From Perkinsus chesapeaki ATCC PRA-425 (lineage: Eukaryota; Protista; Perkinsozoa): a stretch of 57,292 nucleotides of DNA. The notes below the pieces were generated by a model. That model saw only the letters and a program-made list of their open reading frames with translations. It was not told where the DNA came from and did not search any database. Positions within the stretch are counted from its first letter, which is position 1, and every line of letters starts with the position of its first letter. The position numbers were made by a program, and so were the translations under genes. The stretch lies in the NCBI GenBank assembly GCA_013115145.1, contig JAAPAO010000179.1, positions 1-57,292 of the forward strand. The letters run 5' to 3'. Shown in pieces: positions 13,483-27,820 of the stretch.

Positions 13483-14766
13483 TTATGTTCTTACATATGG
13501 AACACCAGCTAATTTACCACCGTAATATGCACTTGTTGGTGCCATTAACATACTTAATATACCAGATAATGACATAATTACTAAAAAGGATGTAATAACA
13601 CTTTTACTTGATGATACTAATATAGCACCATCATTATTATAACATTGTGCATTTTGTAACTAAATACAGTATATACAATATTTATTATTAATATAGTCCA
13701 TTATTATTATTACATCTGTCATAAAATCCTGTGCCCCAGATCCTAATATAACACCAAATGCTACCCATTTAATACAACTAGATGATATATTAATAAAACT
13801 CTTAAGTATAACAGAATCAGGTGCAGCAAGGAATATAACCTACTACTATAATAATTACCAATAATAGGATTACTAATATGTAGGTTATATTACCATATCG
13901 ATTATATCTAATATTAACCCTAAACCTGATAATACAAATGCAGCTATTGTCATACTCTCTATTAATGTATGATCAATACATACCTATATTAAAATTAATA
14001 TAATTAATTATACTATTAATCATTATTATTATCACTTTAGTGCGACATTGTCCAGATATATCAGCTAAATCACGACACCATGAAAATGATAATTCACATT
14101 CTTCTTCTGTTTTAACTATTGGTGTTGTTTCAGTTATTAAAAATATAACTGGTTCTATTGTCGTTACTGAATTATCTATATATAATAACAATTCATTATT
14201 ATGCTTATGTTTGATTATAATATTATTATTACCATTGTTAGATATCATATTATTATTATTATTACTTACTGTATTTGATGATGATGATGCTATACCTGGG
14301 CATCCACCACATCTTGATACACCATCTTTACATAATAATCCAACTACTGGTGATATTTCACATACATACCTAATACCACCACCACCAGCAGCAGCAGCAA
14401 GTTATTATTACCCTCGAGGACAACATCTATCCCAACACTTATCTATTACTGTATTGTCACAAGTATCACCTAATGTGTGTCTAACACATGGTAAATATCT
14501 AATAATAATAATAGATATGGATATTAGTATTATGCATATATTAATTATTACTTAGATGTTAACTCCCCACGAAAATTATCATTTAAATCATTAGTATATT
14601 TATTAAATACTATAAGTAGTATAAAACTACCTATACCTGTTATAAATGTAATAACCGTTAATATAACCTGTTTATCATAATAATTAAAACTAGTTGTTCT
14701 TCTTGTTATTATTAATATATTATTATTACTTGAAATGCTGCTCTCTTCGTTATATGTACCTTCCAT
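13483..14766 (-). CDS. Multi-exon membrane protein, about 4 TM segments with a Cys-rich loop
   Basis: TM-like VILTVITFITGIGSFILLIVF, a Cys-containing loop (ECELSFSWCRDLADISGQC), then further hydrophobic helices, ending GKLAGVPYVRT-stop. Confidence 0.55.
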
Positions 14767-14978
14767 GACGACAAGGATGATGATGACTTCTTATTCATTA
14801 TTAATATCAATAATACTACTAATAATAATATAAATATAACATTAACAACACAAATGATGACACTAGTTATCATTATTATCGATCGAAACATTAGTAAGCT
14901 GCTAAGTACTAGAAGGATGATGATGATGGCTATGGTGACGTTATTGATAATGTTAAATTGTTGTTACGTTATTAATAA

Positions 14979-17900
14979 TTATTGTATTGTTATATTATAC
15001 AATGTATTTAACTTATATTTAATATCATTTGGTAATATTGTATTCCATAATTTATCCCAATCATCCTTATTTAATGCTGATTTATACCCATGTACTAGTT
15101 GATTACACATTTGTATAGCATTATATAATGTCTCACTAGATCCTAATTCATCCTTCTCATTATTATCTCTTGATGTTGATGATGATGGAGGGGGAGGAGG
15201 CGGTGGATATAATGATGCAGATACTAATAATATGCCAGATAATTTATCAACTCCCATACCACATGATGGGTTACTCTAATAATAATACATATATAAATAA
15301 TAATATTATAACTACTACTACTACCTGTAATGCTAAACATATACCATGTATAGCATGGGCCTTCTCAGTATCATTTCTCATTTGTGAAGTTACTGTACAC
15401 CATGGAATTAAAGCTTTATATAATATATTATTACCAATTTCATTAGGACATACCTAGTTAATAATTACTAGTTATTAATAGTTATTATTGTTATTACTAG
15501 TGATAATCTACCAAATGATATAGCTGCATTTTGCATTAATAAAGGTCTTTGCAATGAGTTACATGTTTCTAATATAGATACTAATTTATTAGCAATTACA
15601 TTACAGTAACTATGACCATAATAATAATCAACTGTATATTAACCGTATTAACTTACGGTTTAATATCAAATATATTATTATCCTTGTTATTATTCCCTCC
15701 TCCACCTCTTCTTGTTGTTGCTAATGCTACACATATTTCCCCTATCGCCCATATTGCATTATTGCAAGTACTATAACCACCATTATCTATATAATGTATA
15801 GTAGATGGTAATATCATTGATAAATTTGGTATTATTAATATACTACAATATCTATTATTAATAATACCATACAATATTATTATTATTATTATTCCTATTA
15901 CCTAGATAGATCACCTAATAAAGCATATAATGGTTGGGTAACTTGTGATGGTATCATTATTAATGTTGGTCTTGTACTACTAGTTGTTGTTGCTTGTATT
16001 AATCTAACTATTAAAGGTATTATATTATTTAATATTTGTGCAGCATGTAAACCCTCTGCAACAGCTGATAAACAATCTAACGCTGATGCTACTATATCTG
16101 CATCATATCCGTTATCTCCTATTATCATATCTGTTTCATTAACAACAACAATGATTATCATTATTAAATACCCCCAACAATTATTACCACTCCCTCCTTG
16201 AACCCCTCCTCCTCCTCTTCCTCCTTCTTGTTGTATATTATTTAGATAACCATCTATTATACGTCCGCATCTATTAACAATCTAATAATAATAATATTAT
16301 TATTAATTATTATTCTTCATGTTATTATTACATTCGTAACACCTTGTTCACCAAGCCTACATGCCAATTCATGGGACCATAATATAGGTGTTAAAGCTTC
16401 TAATAATGATATAATACATTTATCATTATCATTAGTAACCTAATTATAATACTATTATAAATACTGTTATAGTAGTATACCTATTTATTATTACCCTATT
16501 TAATCTTTGTAATATAGTTGGTATTAATTCATTACCCATTGACGGTATATTGGATAATATATCTGCTCCTACTGATGATATTAATGTTCCTATAGCATCT
16601 AGTAATATTAGGAAATTCTTATATTGGTAACTAATAATAATATTAATAATAACAACCTATTATAATATTGTGTTATTACAATCTTATACATATATTAAAT
16701 ACTTTAATTATCCTATCTAATAGTTCATTATCATATCGCATACGATTACCACTTTCCTCTATTAAACCAGCTAATGCTGATATAGCGGCTTCTTGTACTC
16801 TTTTATTTTTATCAACACATCTATCGACAATAATAATATATATTATCCTTAATATTATTAATATAACCTTTCTAATATAGCTGTTGTTGATGCCTTTAAT
16901 AAAGTAGTATCATCTCTAGATGATAACCATCGACCAAACCTTCCTAATGTCCAACATCCTATTGAACGTAATAATGGTTGATTAGATAATGTTGTCTGAT
17001 ATGATGATGATGATGATGATACTATTCATTGTTATTACTTGTATTAATAATGGTAATAATGTATTCATATCTTTAGATAAACCATTCTCACAACCATGTG
17101 CAATAGCTCCTACTGCTAATACTGATGCTTCTTGTTCTCTCCAATCTACTTTAATAATAATCGATCTTCATCTATTTACTCTACTACTAATACTACTACC
17201 TGATGTGCTAGTTAAACCCTTCTCTATTAATGGTAATAATATAGGTAATATATCATCATGTAATGCATTAGCAATATTATCCAATCTAATAATTATTATT
17301 AACACTTTATTACTACTATATAATTATTATTAATACGCATTGGCAGCTGCCTTTCTAACAGTCCATTCATTGCCCCATGTTGACTGTTGTTGTTGTGGAC
17401 TGCCTCTCACACTGCCTCCAACTGCCCTATCTCCCTCATCACCCGAATCATCTTCATTACTATCATCATTATTACCATGTGCTGACTTATCCTATAATTA
17501 TATCATTATTACCGGCCCTTATTAGGCTATACTACTACTTGATGGAATATTGGCGCCATATCGTGTTGCTCATCTTTAATATGTGAATCATCACCTACTA
17601 AACCACTCTCCATTGATTCAAAGTCCTCTGTAGCATAAACCATATTAGACTAAATATAATAATATAATCATGTATATAGTAATGTAATTTATTATTACTA
17701 ATAAAGTAGGCAATATAACACTTAAACATTGTGGTGTTTGTATATTTGGTAACCAATTTGTATTTAAACATACTGCTGGCCAAAACTCCAATGCTTCCCG
17801 TCTTACTTCATCTACACTATTACTATATACGACTGAATTATCAATTATTATTACTATTATTCGATGATGATGATGAAGACTGTGATAACATAAATTCCAT

Positions 17901-18925
17901 AACTTGTGGCAAATGTGCTTCAACTAAATCAGGTTGATGATTCGCACAATGTACAAAACCAATACATACTTCTTTTAAAACTAAATAAATTAATTATTAT
18001 ATATTATATATTATTATTATTACCAGCATCATCTTTACCACTAGCTGCTAAGCTTCCTAATATATTAAAGTATGATTCCATATAATGATTAAGTTTAGTA
18101 GCACCAGGCATTAATAAGAATGAGCAGACAAATAGATGTATAATATTTAATGATAATGCTTTATACCTGTTGATTATCCTCTATATTAATATTATTACAA
18201 TCTATATTATTACTTATCAGGTGCAGATGAAGATTGACATACTTGTAATAATTTAGGTATTAAATCATTATCAGCAAATTGTATAAATGATGATGATACA
18301 TTTAATTGTCCTTCTTGTCCTTCGTGTCGGCTACTATTATTTAATAATAATTCTTTACGATATATTTCAACACCATCTTCACATACATATTTTAATGCTT
18401 TAAATGAACCATCAACTACATCTAATGATGTATCAGATAATCCATTTGATAATGTATTCATGCAATCAGGCCATGAACTAATACCATTTTTAGATAATAT
18501 ACTAGCAATTAAAGTACATGCAGTCGACCGTACACCAGGATCAATATCCCGAGATGATTCTAATATAGCTGATTTAATACATGGTATTATATTTATCTGA
18601 ATATCATCTTATTAATATTTATAATCTCTATTACATTATTAGTAGTAATAATATTCTTTAACAATAAACCTGCACGTTGCCTAGTAAATGTTGATTGTTT
18701 ATTAGTAGCAAATATAATAACTAAATAACGTGACATTTCATCTGGTCCTAATGTATTTGATAAATCATTAAGTGTACGTATAACCTAATAATAGGTTTAT
18801 TAATAAATGTATATTATTATTACCTCTTGTTGTACATTATTATCATTACTACTACCATTATCTAAAGCATTACTTAATCTTATTAATATATCATTATTAG
18901 GAGACCAATCATTATTACCAACCAT
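14979..18925 (-). CDS. TNPO1: Transportin-1 / importin beta-2 (HEAT-repeat karyopherin)
   Basis: N-terminal DWSPN...RQRAGLLLKN, WPDCMNTL, GSFKALKYVCED, ALEFWPAV, an acidic loop followed by EWTVRKAAANAL, NNAIWAIGEICV and C-terminal AIQMCNQL. Confidence 0.9.
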
Positions 18926-19108
18926 TATAACAACAACAACAACAACTACTACTGCTATTATCAACATCAGCACCGACCCAATTCAACTCCAACCAACACA
19001 AGTAATGGATATCGATTAGGTGGGCGAGCGCTAATGTGTCGAAGTGAGTAGTTTAAATTAGCTATATTATGGGCGTGGTGTGGTGCCCCCCCTTACTCTC
19101 CTCCCTCC

Positions 19109-22100
19109 ATGGTAGGAACTATTAAAGGTACAGTATATGGTAGGAATATAAGGAGAAGGGATCGTCAACATATTAGTGGTATATCTAATAAATGTAATAA
19201 TATATTATAAATATATAATAATATTATTAGATAATATAATAAATAATAGATTTGAACAATTTGATAATATTAATATAAGAAGTTATAATGATAGAAAAAT
19301 GGATTATCATATTGACTATCAAGTATATATAATAATTGATAATATACTTAGTTCATAATAAGGTACCAATAACAACATTAAGTGGCGAAGGTAATAAAGA
19401 TTTTAAAGCAATATCAGAAGGTATAGGATATAAACAAAAAGAAATGTAAGGTATATGATCAATAATATGATGAATAATAATCAATATAGGGCTAAAGAGC
19501 ATCAAGGTGGTAAATTAATAATGGTTAATAGTATATATAATAATAATATTGATAGAAATGGAACATATCAAAATGTAATATTAATAATAGTTATATAATA
19601 GTAATGTTTAATAGAATATATCATCATTTGGTAAAATAAGAAATAAACAACAATATAATAATCAAGTAATATTAATATGATAATAATAGAGCATTTAATA
19701 TTAGGTTGCTGTTAATATTATAGAAGCTCCCCCACTTGATAAAGAGGACCATGATGATAAGAATAATAAAATATATCATAATAAGGGTAGACATAATAAT
19801 AATGATATATCAATCAAGCAAGAACATTGGTTTGATGAACCACAAATGTATAGATTACCATTACATAGAGGTAGTAATTAATAATAGTTATAATAATTAT
19901 ATTAAATAATAACTAGATAATGATGATAAAGTATGGAATAAAAATGATTCATTATATAATAATAATAAAAGATATATTAAAGGTATAGATAGATTAATGA
20001 GAGCTAAAAAGCATAATAGAGGTCGACGCTCGACTTCAAAGACGTATAATAGTAGTAGAACAAGAACAACAATTAATAATGATGATGAAGGAGGAGGGGA
20101 TAGACTAGATAATAATCCTGTTAATGATTATCAAGTATGTATATATTAGTATAATAATATATATGGTATATTAACTAGATACGTCCAATATATATACCTG
20201 ATTTAGCATATAGACCAAAACATATAACTAAATCGGAATGTATTAAACGTGTAAGTAGAGTTAGAGAAGCAATAAAGCAAAGATATGGTGGGAGACCAGG
20301 TTTATTACAGTAATAATATTAATTATTATGCAATAATAATCATTTCAGAGTATTTAATAATATAATAAGTAATGGTGATGATAGATTGATAAGGAGAGGG
20401 GATTTGGTAATAAGCTTATATTAATAATATGGATATTGTTATTGTTGTTATTGTAGATAAGACTATTTGAGAATATGGGTATAATGTTAAATGATATAGA
20501 AGCTGACTTAATGATAAATTCAGTTGATAAGGATAATAATGTAATATAATTTATTTATATTTATAATAATAGTATGGCAGAATGGTTTAACATATGATGA
20601 ATTGTGTGATTTAATATATTCAAATGATGATAATATTATTATTGATAAATCAATGGGCGGTTATGTTAATAATAATAATAATAAACCACAATCAATAGCA
20701 AGAGGTAGACAAGTTAGGAATATAACACAAAAACTATTTATTGATATTGCTAATAAAGGTAGTAATAATAAACAAGAAGATGGTATTATTATAGTGTTGA
20801 TAATTAAGATAATTATCATTATTATTATTAGCATCCCAATTAAGTAAAGGATTTAGTAATATTAATAAGGATGATGATAATGAACATTCATCGTTCACCA
20901 AGTAGTAGTAGTAGTATTAAAGTATTTTGGAGTAGTAATAAGTAATATATTATAAGATATAATATTAATAAAGAGCAGTTTAAAAGTGTAATAACATCAA
21001 ATATAAAACATATACCTGAAGATGGTATAAATTTATTATGGTTATCACAGTTTCATAAAGGTAATATAATAATAATAGATAATAATATTAAATAATATTA
21101 TCAGATAATAATATTAATGAAGATGAGTGTAATAAATATGGTATAATAGATTGGCGTGATTTTATTAAACAATCAATAGACATATTAAATGAATATCGTC
21201 CATTAACACCCCCATATATACAAGGCGATAAACGTAGTTGTGGTATTTAATAATAAGGATAATAATAATTATTAGATAATGAATATAATAATAAAAGATT
21301 ATACCAATTAAGTAAAGGTAAAGATCCAATAATATTATTACAAAATATGAATAAGATAAAAGAGGGAAATCATCGTAATTGTGATAATGGTGATGATGAT
21401 GTAAGGTTAATAATAATATTATTAAATAGCTTTATAACAATTATCTGTTTATAATAGGTGATATTAGTATGTGATAAACTAATTAATAGAGATGCCAATT
21501 TACACTATAGACCACACGAATGTTATCATAAAAGTGAAAATTATAAAGAGTAATAATATTGGTCTTGATTATGCCTATTTATTATTATTAATTATATCAA
21601 TAATAGGCATATACGAGGTAAAGCTTTAAGAGCGATTAGAGAATTATCGAAGATATTAGTAAGTTATTATTATATATTATTATTGTTCAAGTTGGATGTA
21701 ATAGATTGATGTAGAAGATGGTGATAAAATAAATAATATAATAAATGATAATAAGGGCGGTGGTACATTAAACAAAGGTAGAATACATAGGGAGGAGCTT
21801 ATTAATATTATTAATAATAATATTATAAGTAATATAGTATTATTAATATATAATAATAAATTATAATAGATAATACAGGAAAGTATAATAATAATAATCA
21901 TCAGCAGCAGCATCAGCAGCAGCAGCAGCATCAGCAGCATCAGCAGCAGCATCAGCATCAGCATCCACGTATTGAGCGTAGTGATATAGAATCATTAGTG
22001 GCTACTATGTAGGGATATTAATAATATTATGAACAATGATGATGTTGATGATAGGTTATGTGATAAGGATGGTAATGTTAATGTTAATGATTTTACTAAT

Positions 22101-23639
22101 ATAATATTAAATTATGATGATTATACTACTCAGGAAGTGAACAGGTAGTAATATTAATAATAGGTCATTATTAGTATAGCTTATATTAGGTTATGTAATG
22201 ATGGTTTAGAGCCAGTGAATGTTATTAGAAAGTTGAGACCATTGAATAATAATAATCAAGTTAGCAATAACAACACAGCATCATCATCATTAATAATAAC
22301 AAATGATGACCATGACCATGATGATGATGAGGGATGGGTTTGGAGGGGTTATCATGCCATGGAAGTGTTAAGTGAAGTATTAGAGAAAAAGGAATACGGT
22401 CATGGTGGTAGGTTAAAGGCTAATAATGTAATAATACTAATATGGATATAGATTATATTATTAATATGGTTATTATTATTATTATTAGGTGTTTAATAGA
22501 ATTGATATGGATGGTGATGGTTATATTACATTAAGTGATATTAAGAATGCAGTGAAGCATTATAATATACCATTAAATGGATCAGATCAATTAGCTTTAT
22601 TAAAAGTATTAGATAAAGATTATAATCATGGTAATAAGTGATAATAACTATTTAATATTACTCTTCATTATTATCATCATCAGGATCTGTTAATTTACCA
22701 CAATTCACTCGTAGCTTTTTATTGAATAATAATGCTTCAATATTAGATTCGTTAAAAAAACAATTTGTTGGGGTAAGAATAACGATAACAACAACTATCA
22801 TCACTTGTTGTTGTTGTTATTATAATAGGTAATTGACAAGGTAGGTGGTGGTGGCAGTGGTGGTGGAATGTATGTTATAGATGATAATAATATATCTAAT
22901 ATTATTAATAATAAGGGAAAGGGAAAGACAGAACAAGAAGAAGAAGAACAACAACAAAAACAACAAAAACAAGAAGAAGAAGTGGTGGTTGTTGTTGGAA
23001 GAATATCTGATGTATATCACTGATGATGAACATCTTTAACATTAATGTTGATGTTGTTATTAATATAGGTTATTGCTCAAAGATGTGATAGAGAATTACG
23101 AATACCAAGAAAAGCACAAGAAAGGAGGACATCCTCCTCCTCATCATCCTCGTCCTCAGTAATGGTAAATACTAGGTTTGGTAGAACTATTTATCCGGAT
23201 ACGAGATTCATAACAGAACCCTTTACAGGAAGTAATTTAAGTTAAATATTAGTTAAAGATTATAAGTAGTAATATTGTTATTATTATTTATTGTTAGACT
23301 GCAATGCTTCGTATATGAGTGATGGACAGAGATTTAAAACAACTCAACAAGGTTTTGGAAGAATAGCGGATATTAATAATCCACAGATATATGATATGGT
23401 AATAATAATAATATATTGATAGGCTAAAGGCTGAAGTTACTGCTGTTGTTAATAATAAGGTTAAAAAATCAAGTATACATGATAGTAGAATTGAACGAAT
23501 AAGAAATAGAAATAATGAAATAAAGGAGAGATTATTCGCTGCAGAGAGAGCTGCGAATGATATTGATAATAATAAATTATTGAGGAAGGCATTATCAACA
23601 ATATCATATGAAAGACGAGTTAAAATGATTAATATGTAA
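19109..23639 (+). CDS. Long multi-exon hypothetical protein with EF-hand region (possibly two genes)
   Basis: Many short exons; EF-hand loop DMDGDGYITLSD near 22507 and a second degenerate loop DKDYNHG; stop at 23639. Confidence 0.55.
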
Positions 23640-23989
23640 TAATGTTCATATTCAACATCATACTTATCGTCACTGCTGCTGCTGCTGTTACTGTTGTTGT
23701 TACTATGTGTGGCATTTGTGTTAAAAGTTATTATATAATAGTATATTTGTTTATTAATATCATTAAGGTGGTGATATGATATTAAATGACAAAGATGAGA
23801 AGGTAAGGAGGGTTGAGATTAAGATTATGTTAGTATTATTATAATAATAGAACATCTAATATAATTATAAGTATAAATATTTGTTATTGGTGAACTTTAG
23901 GATGATGAATTATTGTATGATAATAATGAACATTATAGAGGGAATAATAACAATCCAAAGTAAGGAATATATGATAAGTTATAAAAATA

Positions 23990-24106
23990 GTGATGATGAT
24001 GATGATAGTCATTACCAATAATAGGATAACATCATCTTCATCATCATTACATATAGTAAAACAGCAAGAAGAAGATAATGGAATGAATGATGACAGTATT
24101 AATGTT

Positions 24107-24138
<32 letters not shown>

Positions 24139-24614
24139 GAAGAACAACAAGAACAACAACAACAACAACAAGAACAACAAGAACAACAAGAACAACAAGA
24201 ACAACAGGAGTTATGATCGTTCGTCACATTATTATTTATCATTATCTCTTAACGATGATAAGTCAACATCATCATACTTAACATTAGATCATCATCATTA
24301 TTATGATGATGATAATATAAAGTTATATAATAATATTTATTAAATTAATATATATTATTGTTATTAGATATCTTTGTAATAAGTTTACTAATTTAATACA
24401 ACGACTACAAAATGAAACATTACGTAGAACAGAGTTAGAAGAAATGTAAGAGTATGATATAGCTATCCAAATTAATAATGATAACTACTACTACCACTTA
24501 GAGTCAATGATTTAAAATATAAAGTAAATAATAATAATGATCATATTAATAAAATAGAAGATAAGTTAAGATGCAAAGAAATAGAGTTATTGCACGCAAA
24601 AGAAAGGTATAAAT

Positions 24615-24662
<48 letters not shown>

Positions 24663-26441
24663 GTAGTAGTAGTAGTAGTAGGTAGTAGTAGTAGTAGTAG
24701 TAGTAGTAGGTAGTATTATTATTAGTGGTGGAAGGGCATTAGATGCATTACGAGCATCAGAGAAGCAATTGAAGGAGTTAAAGGTTAAGGTTAATGAATT
24801 AAATAATAATGTTAAGATACACCAAATAGAAAAAAGTGATTTGGAAAAGGAGTAATAATTATTACGTTGTTGTTGTTGTTGGTGTTATTATATAGATGAT
24901 GATATTATTATTCTTAGACATGTTTTATGCACTTCGAGATTAGATATACTTGAAGGGAAATGCTGTGAATTAAGTAAAGAAATAGAGACTTTGGAATCTC
25001 AATTAATTATACTTACAAATGAGGTAATTATTACCAATTACTACCAGTATTATTATTATCATTCATCCTTCTTAATACGTATATAGGCTAATAAATGGAG
25101 GGGTAAATATATGGATATGAAAAAGAATAAGGCTGAATGGAATGAGAATATTGTAAGCAGAGTTGGTAGTGAATATTTCATAGCATAACCATTATTATGA
25201 TAGATTAATGAATATAAAGCAATACAAGAAGCACAAGATGATAAAATACGATATATAGAAAATGATATAAGAAGAATATCACGAAGGAAGACATTGTTAA
25301 ATAATAAAGTTAAAGAATTAAATAATAATGTGATAATAATAATATTATTATTACAGCGGTTATTACTTGGATCATAATGACTAATAGTTATAGGTTAATA
25401 AATTAAGTAGAGAAAATGAAGATAAAAAAAATAAGATAAAATTATTACGAGATGATAATATAAAGAAGGTTAGTTAGCATCATCGTTATTAGTATTATTA
25501 ATAATATAGGATAATCAAATTAAAAAACTAAACCAACGGTGTGAAACATATGACGGATTAGAAGTAGCATTAATAGAAGAAAGAAAAGATAAAGAAGATT
25601 TAATGTTACAAATTGATAATGAAAGTAGAGGGAAAGATATGTAATAATAATAAGTAATAATATAGTAGTAGTATTATTATTAAGGTACCTTAATAAGGGT
25701 AGAATATTATCAGAGATGTTAGAAGAAACAAGATATCATTTAGATGTAGCTAATAATAAGATAAAATGTATTGAAGATGATAATAATATACTTAAAGCAG
25801 AAGTATGTTGTTATTAGTATAGATGCCAGTAGTAGAATAAATGAATATAGGATATATTATTGTATAATAATGATGATTTATGATGATATACAGATACATA
25901 AATTAAATAATGAATTATATGATATACGAAATGATAAATATTATTATAATAATAATATGGTTAAAGAACATTATGAAGAATCTATTATTAAATCACACAG
26001 TGAGAAAGAGCAACTAATAGATGAAGTAATTGTTAAGAATCTTAAGAAGGCTTAGTTAGTATTATAATAATATTTGAATGATGATAGATTAATAAATTAA
26101 AAGATGAAATAGAAATACTGAGGAAGAATGAGATGGAACGTAAACGAAAGAAAGATAATGATGATGATATTAAACAAGTCCATCGAGGAGGAGGAGGTGG
26201 TGGTGGTACAAGTAGTAGTATTTTTGGCGAACTTAGAAATGAGGTAGTACGACAAGAATATAGGGTTGTTGTTAATGTTATTGTTAGTGGCTGTTAGATC
26301 GGAGTTTTAATGGAGAAGTTAATTGATACACAATGTGAATTGGAAAAAGAGAAAATATATAAAAATAAAGTTGAAGAAAAATGTATACATTTAGAAGATA
26401 TTATTAAACGTTTAAGATATGATAATAAAGATAAGGTATAA
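23990..26441 (+). CDS. Multi-exon long coiled-coil protein
   Basis: Exons rich in E/K/N/L/I with heptad character (e.g. ALDALRASEKQLKELKVKVNELNNN); short GT-AG introns; ends approximate. Confidence 0.6.
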
Positions 26442-27820
26442 ATATCAAGATGTAGGTTGTAAAATACACAATTACACAATGATGATAATAAATAATGGAA
26501 TGATGACACAAAGGTAATGACGAATAAAGCGAACTTTGAGCAGCAGCAGTAGCAGCTGCATTGATGAATATGATTATATCTTTAAGATAATAAAAATAAG
26601 GAGAACCATGAGCAGCATCAGCAGCTGAATTGTCATTAATAATTAGTGTATTATTCAGGAATAATAATATTATAAATATTATAATAATAAATACACTACT
26701 ACTACTACTACTACTACTAATTAAATGTATTACATTTGATGATTCTTAATTATTATTCATGATTTAGTTGTTATTATTATCCCTGTGTTTTGTTGTTGTT
26801 TAATGGTTGTTTCAGTACTACTACTAGGCATCGTAAATTGGTCCAACTGCCGCATAATTTCATATTAAAGGTTAACAATTAGATATATTACTCACATGAC
26901 GTATAACTGGCATACTACTACCGGTGCGATCTAGTACAGAAGTAGGAGTAGTAGTATTAAAGGATGATGTGGAGTACAACAACTTACTCCACACGGTCTT
27001 ACAGCACAATTGTATACATAGGATGTCATTATTATTATTATGAAACACAATAATAAAGTGCAGTGTGGGAAAATGGAGAAGCATCATTATGTTACATGTA
27101 TGTATTCATTAATATCTGCTGCTGCTACTGCTGTTGCTGCTCTTTCTTAATATATACCTCTTATATACTATAAATATGATATTCCTAATAATAATATGAT
27201 AATACTGTTATGGCTCTTTATTAAGATTATAATAAACTACCAATAATACAACTCTTTACGGACACGACTCTTTATGAACGACCAAGCTTGCTCGATTGCA
27301 AGCTGGATTGCAAGGATTCGATTGATTCGGATGCAAGAAATGGAGGATATGGCCAGGAGGCACCGTCACGCTGTGACCGTACCGATGGCCAGTGCATTCT
27401 GTGCGCACGTTATGGGGCCCATAATATGGGCATGCTTAATAGGGCCGCCAACATATATGGCCAACTTATCTTGGTACTCGCTGTTCGCTTTTACAAAATA
27501 TATTACGGCTTCGAGAAGGTCTAGATAATGGTGGTGATGGTGATGGTATTGATGAAGCTCTGATAGTTAGGTTACGTAGCGAATCTTCTGCAACGTCATC
27601 TGATGAAACTAGATTACGTAAACGACAAAGAGTTGCTACTTCTTCAACTGATACTGAGAGTAGTACTATTTTTACACTGGACGCTTATGATTTTCTTCCA
27701 CTTGATATTAAGGATTCTACTGTCAAAGAACAGTTTGTAAAATTACTGGAAGACTATTCTGATAATGATAAGGATGATTCTAGTATTGAGCCTATTCCTA
27801 TTTCTGATAGAGCTTTACAA

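Noticed and set aside
21680-24281. ORF-track frames such as 21680-21964, 22820-23020, 23884-24204 and 24087-24281
   Set aside because: Antisense or shifted readings of trinucleotide microsatellites within or near real genes. The same applies to 39949-40244, 41179-41478 and most short I/L/Y-rich ORFs that read through introns.
27272-27442. TGA readthrough or an alternative genetic code in the retroelement
   Set aside because: TAA and TAG stops and a frameshift occur in the same stretch, and conserved host genes (IDH, DIS3, KIN17) translate with TGG for Trp and no in-frame stops. Ordinary decay explains it.
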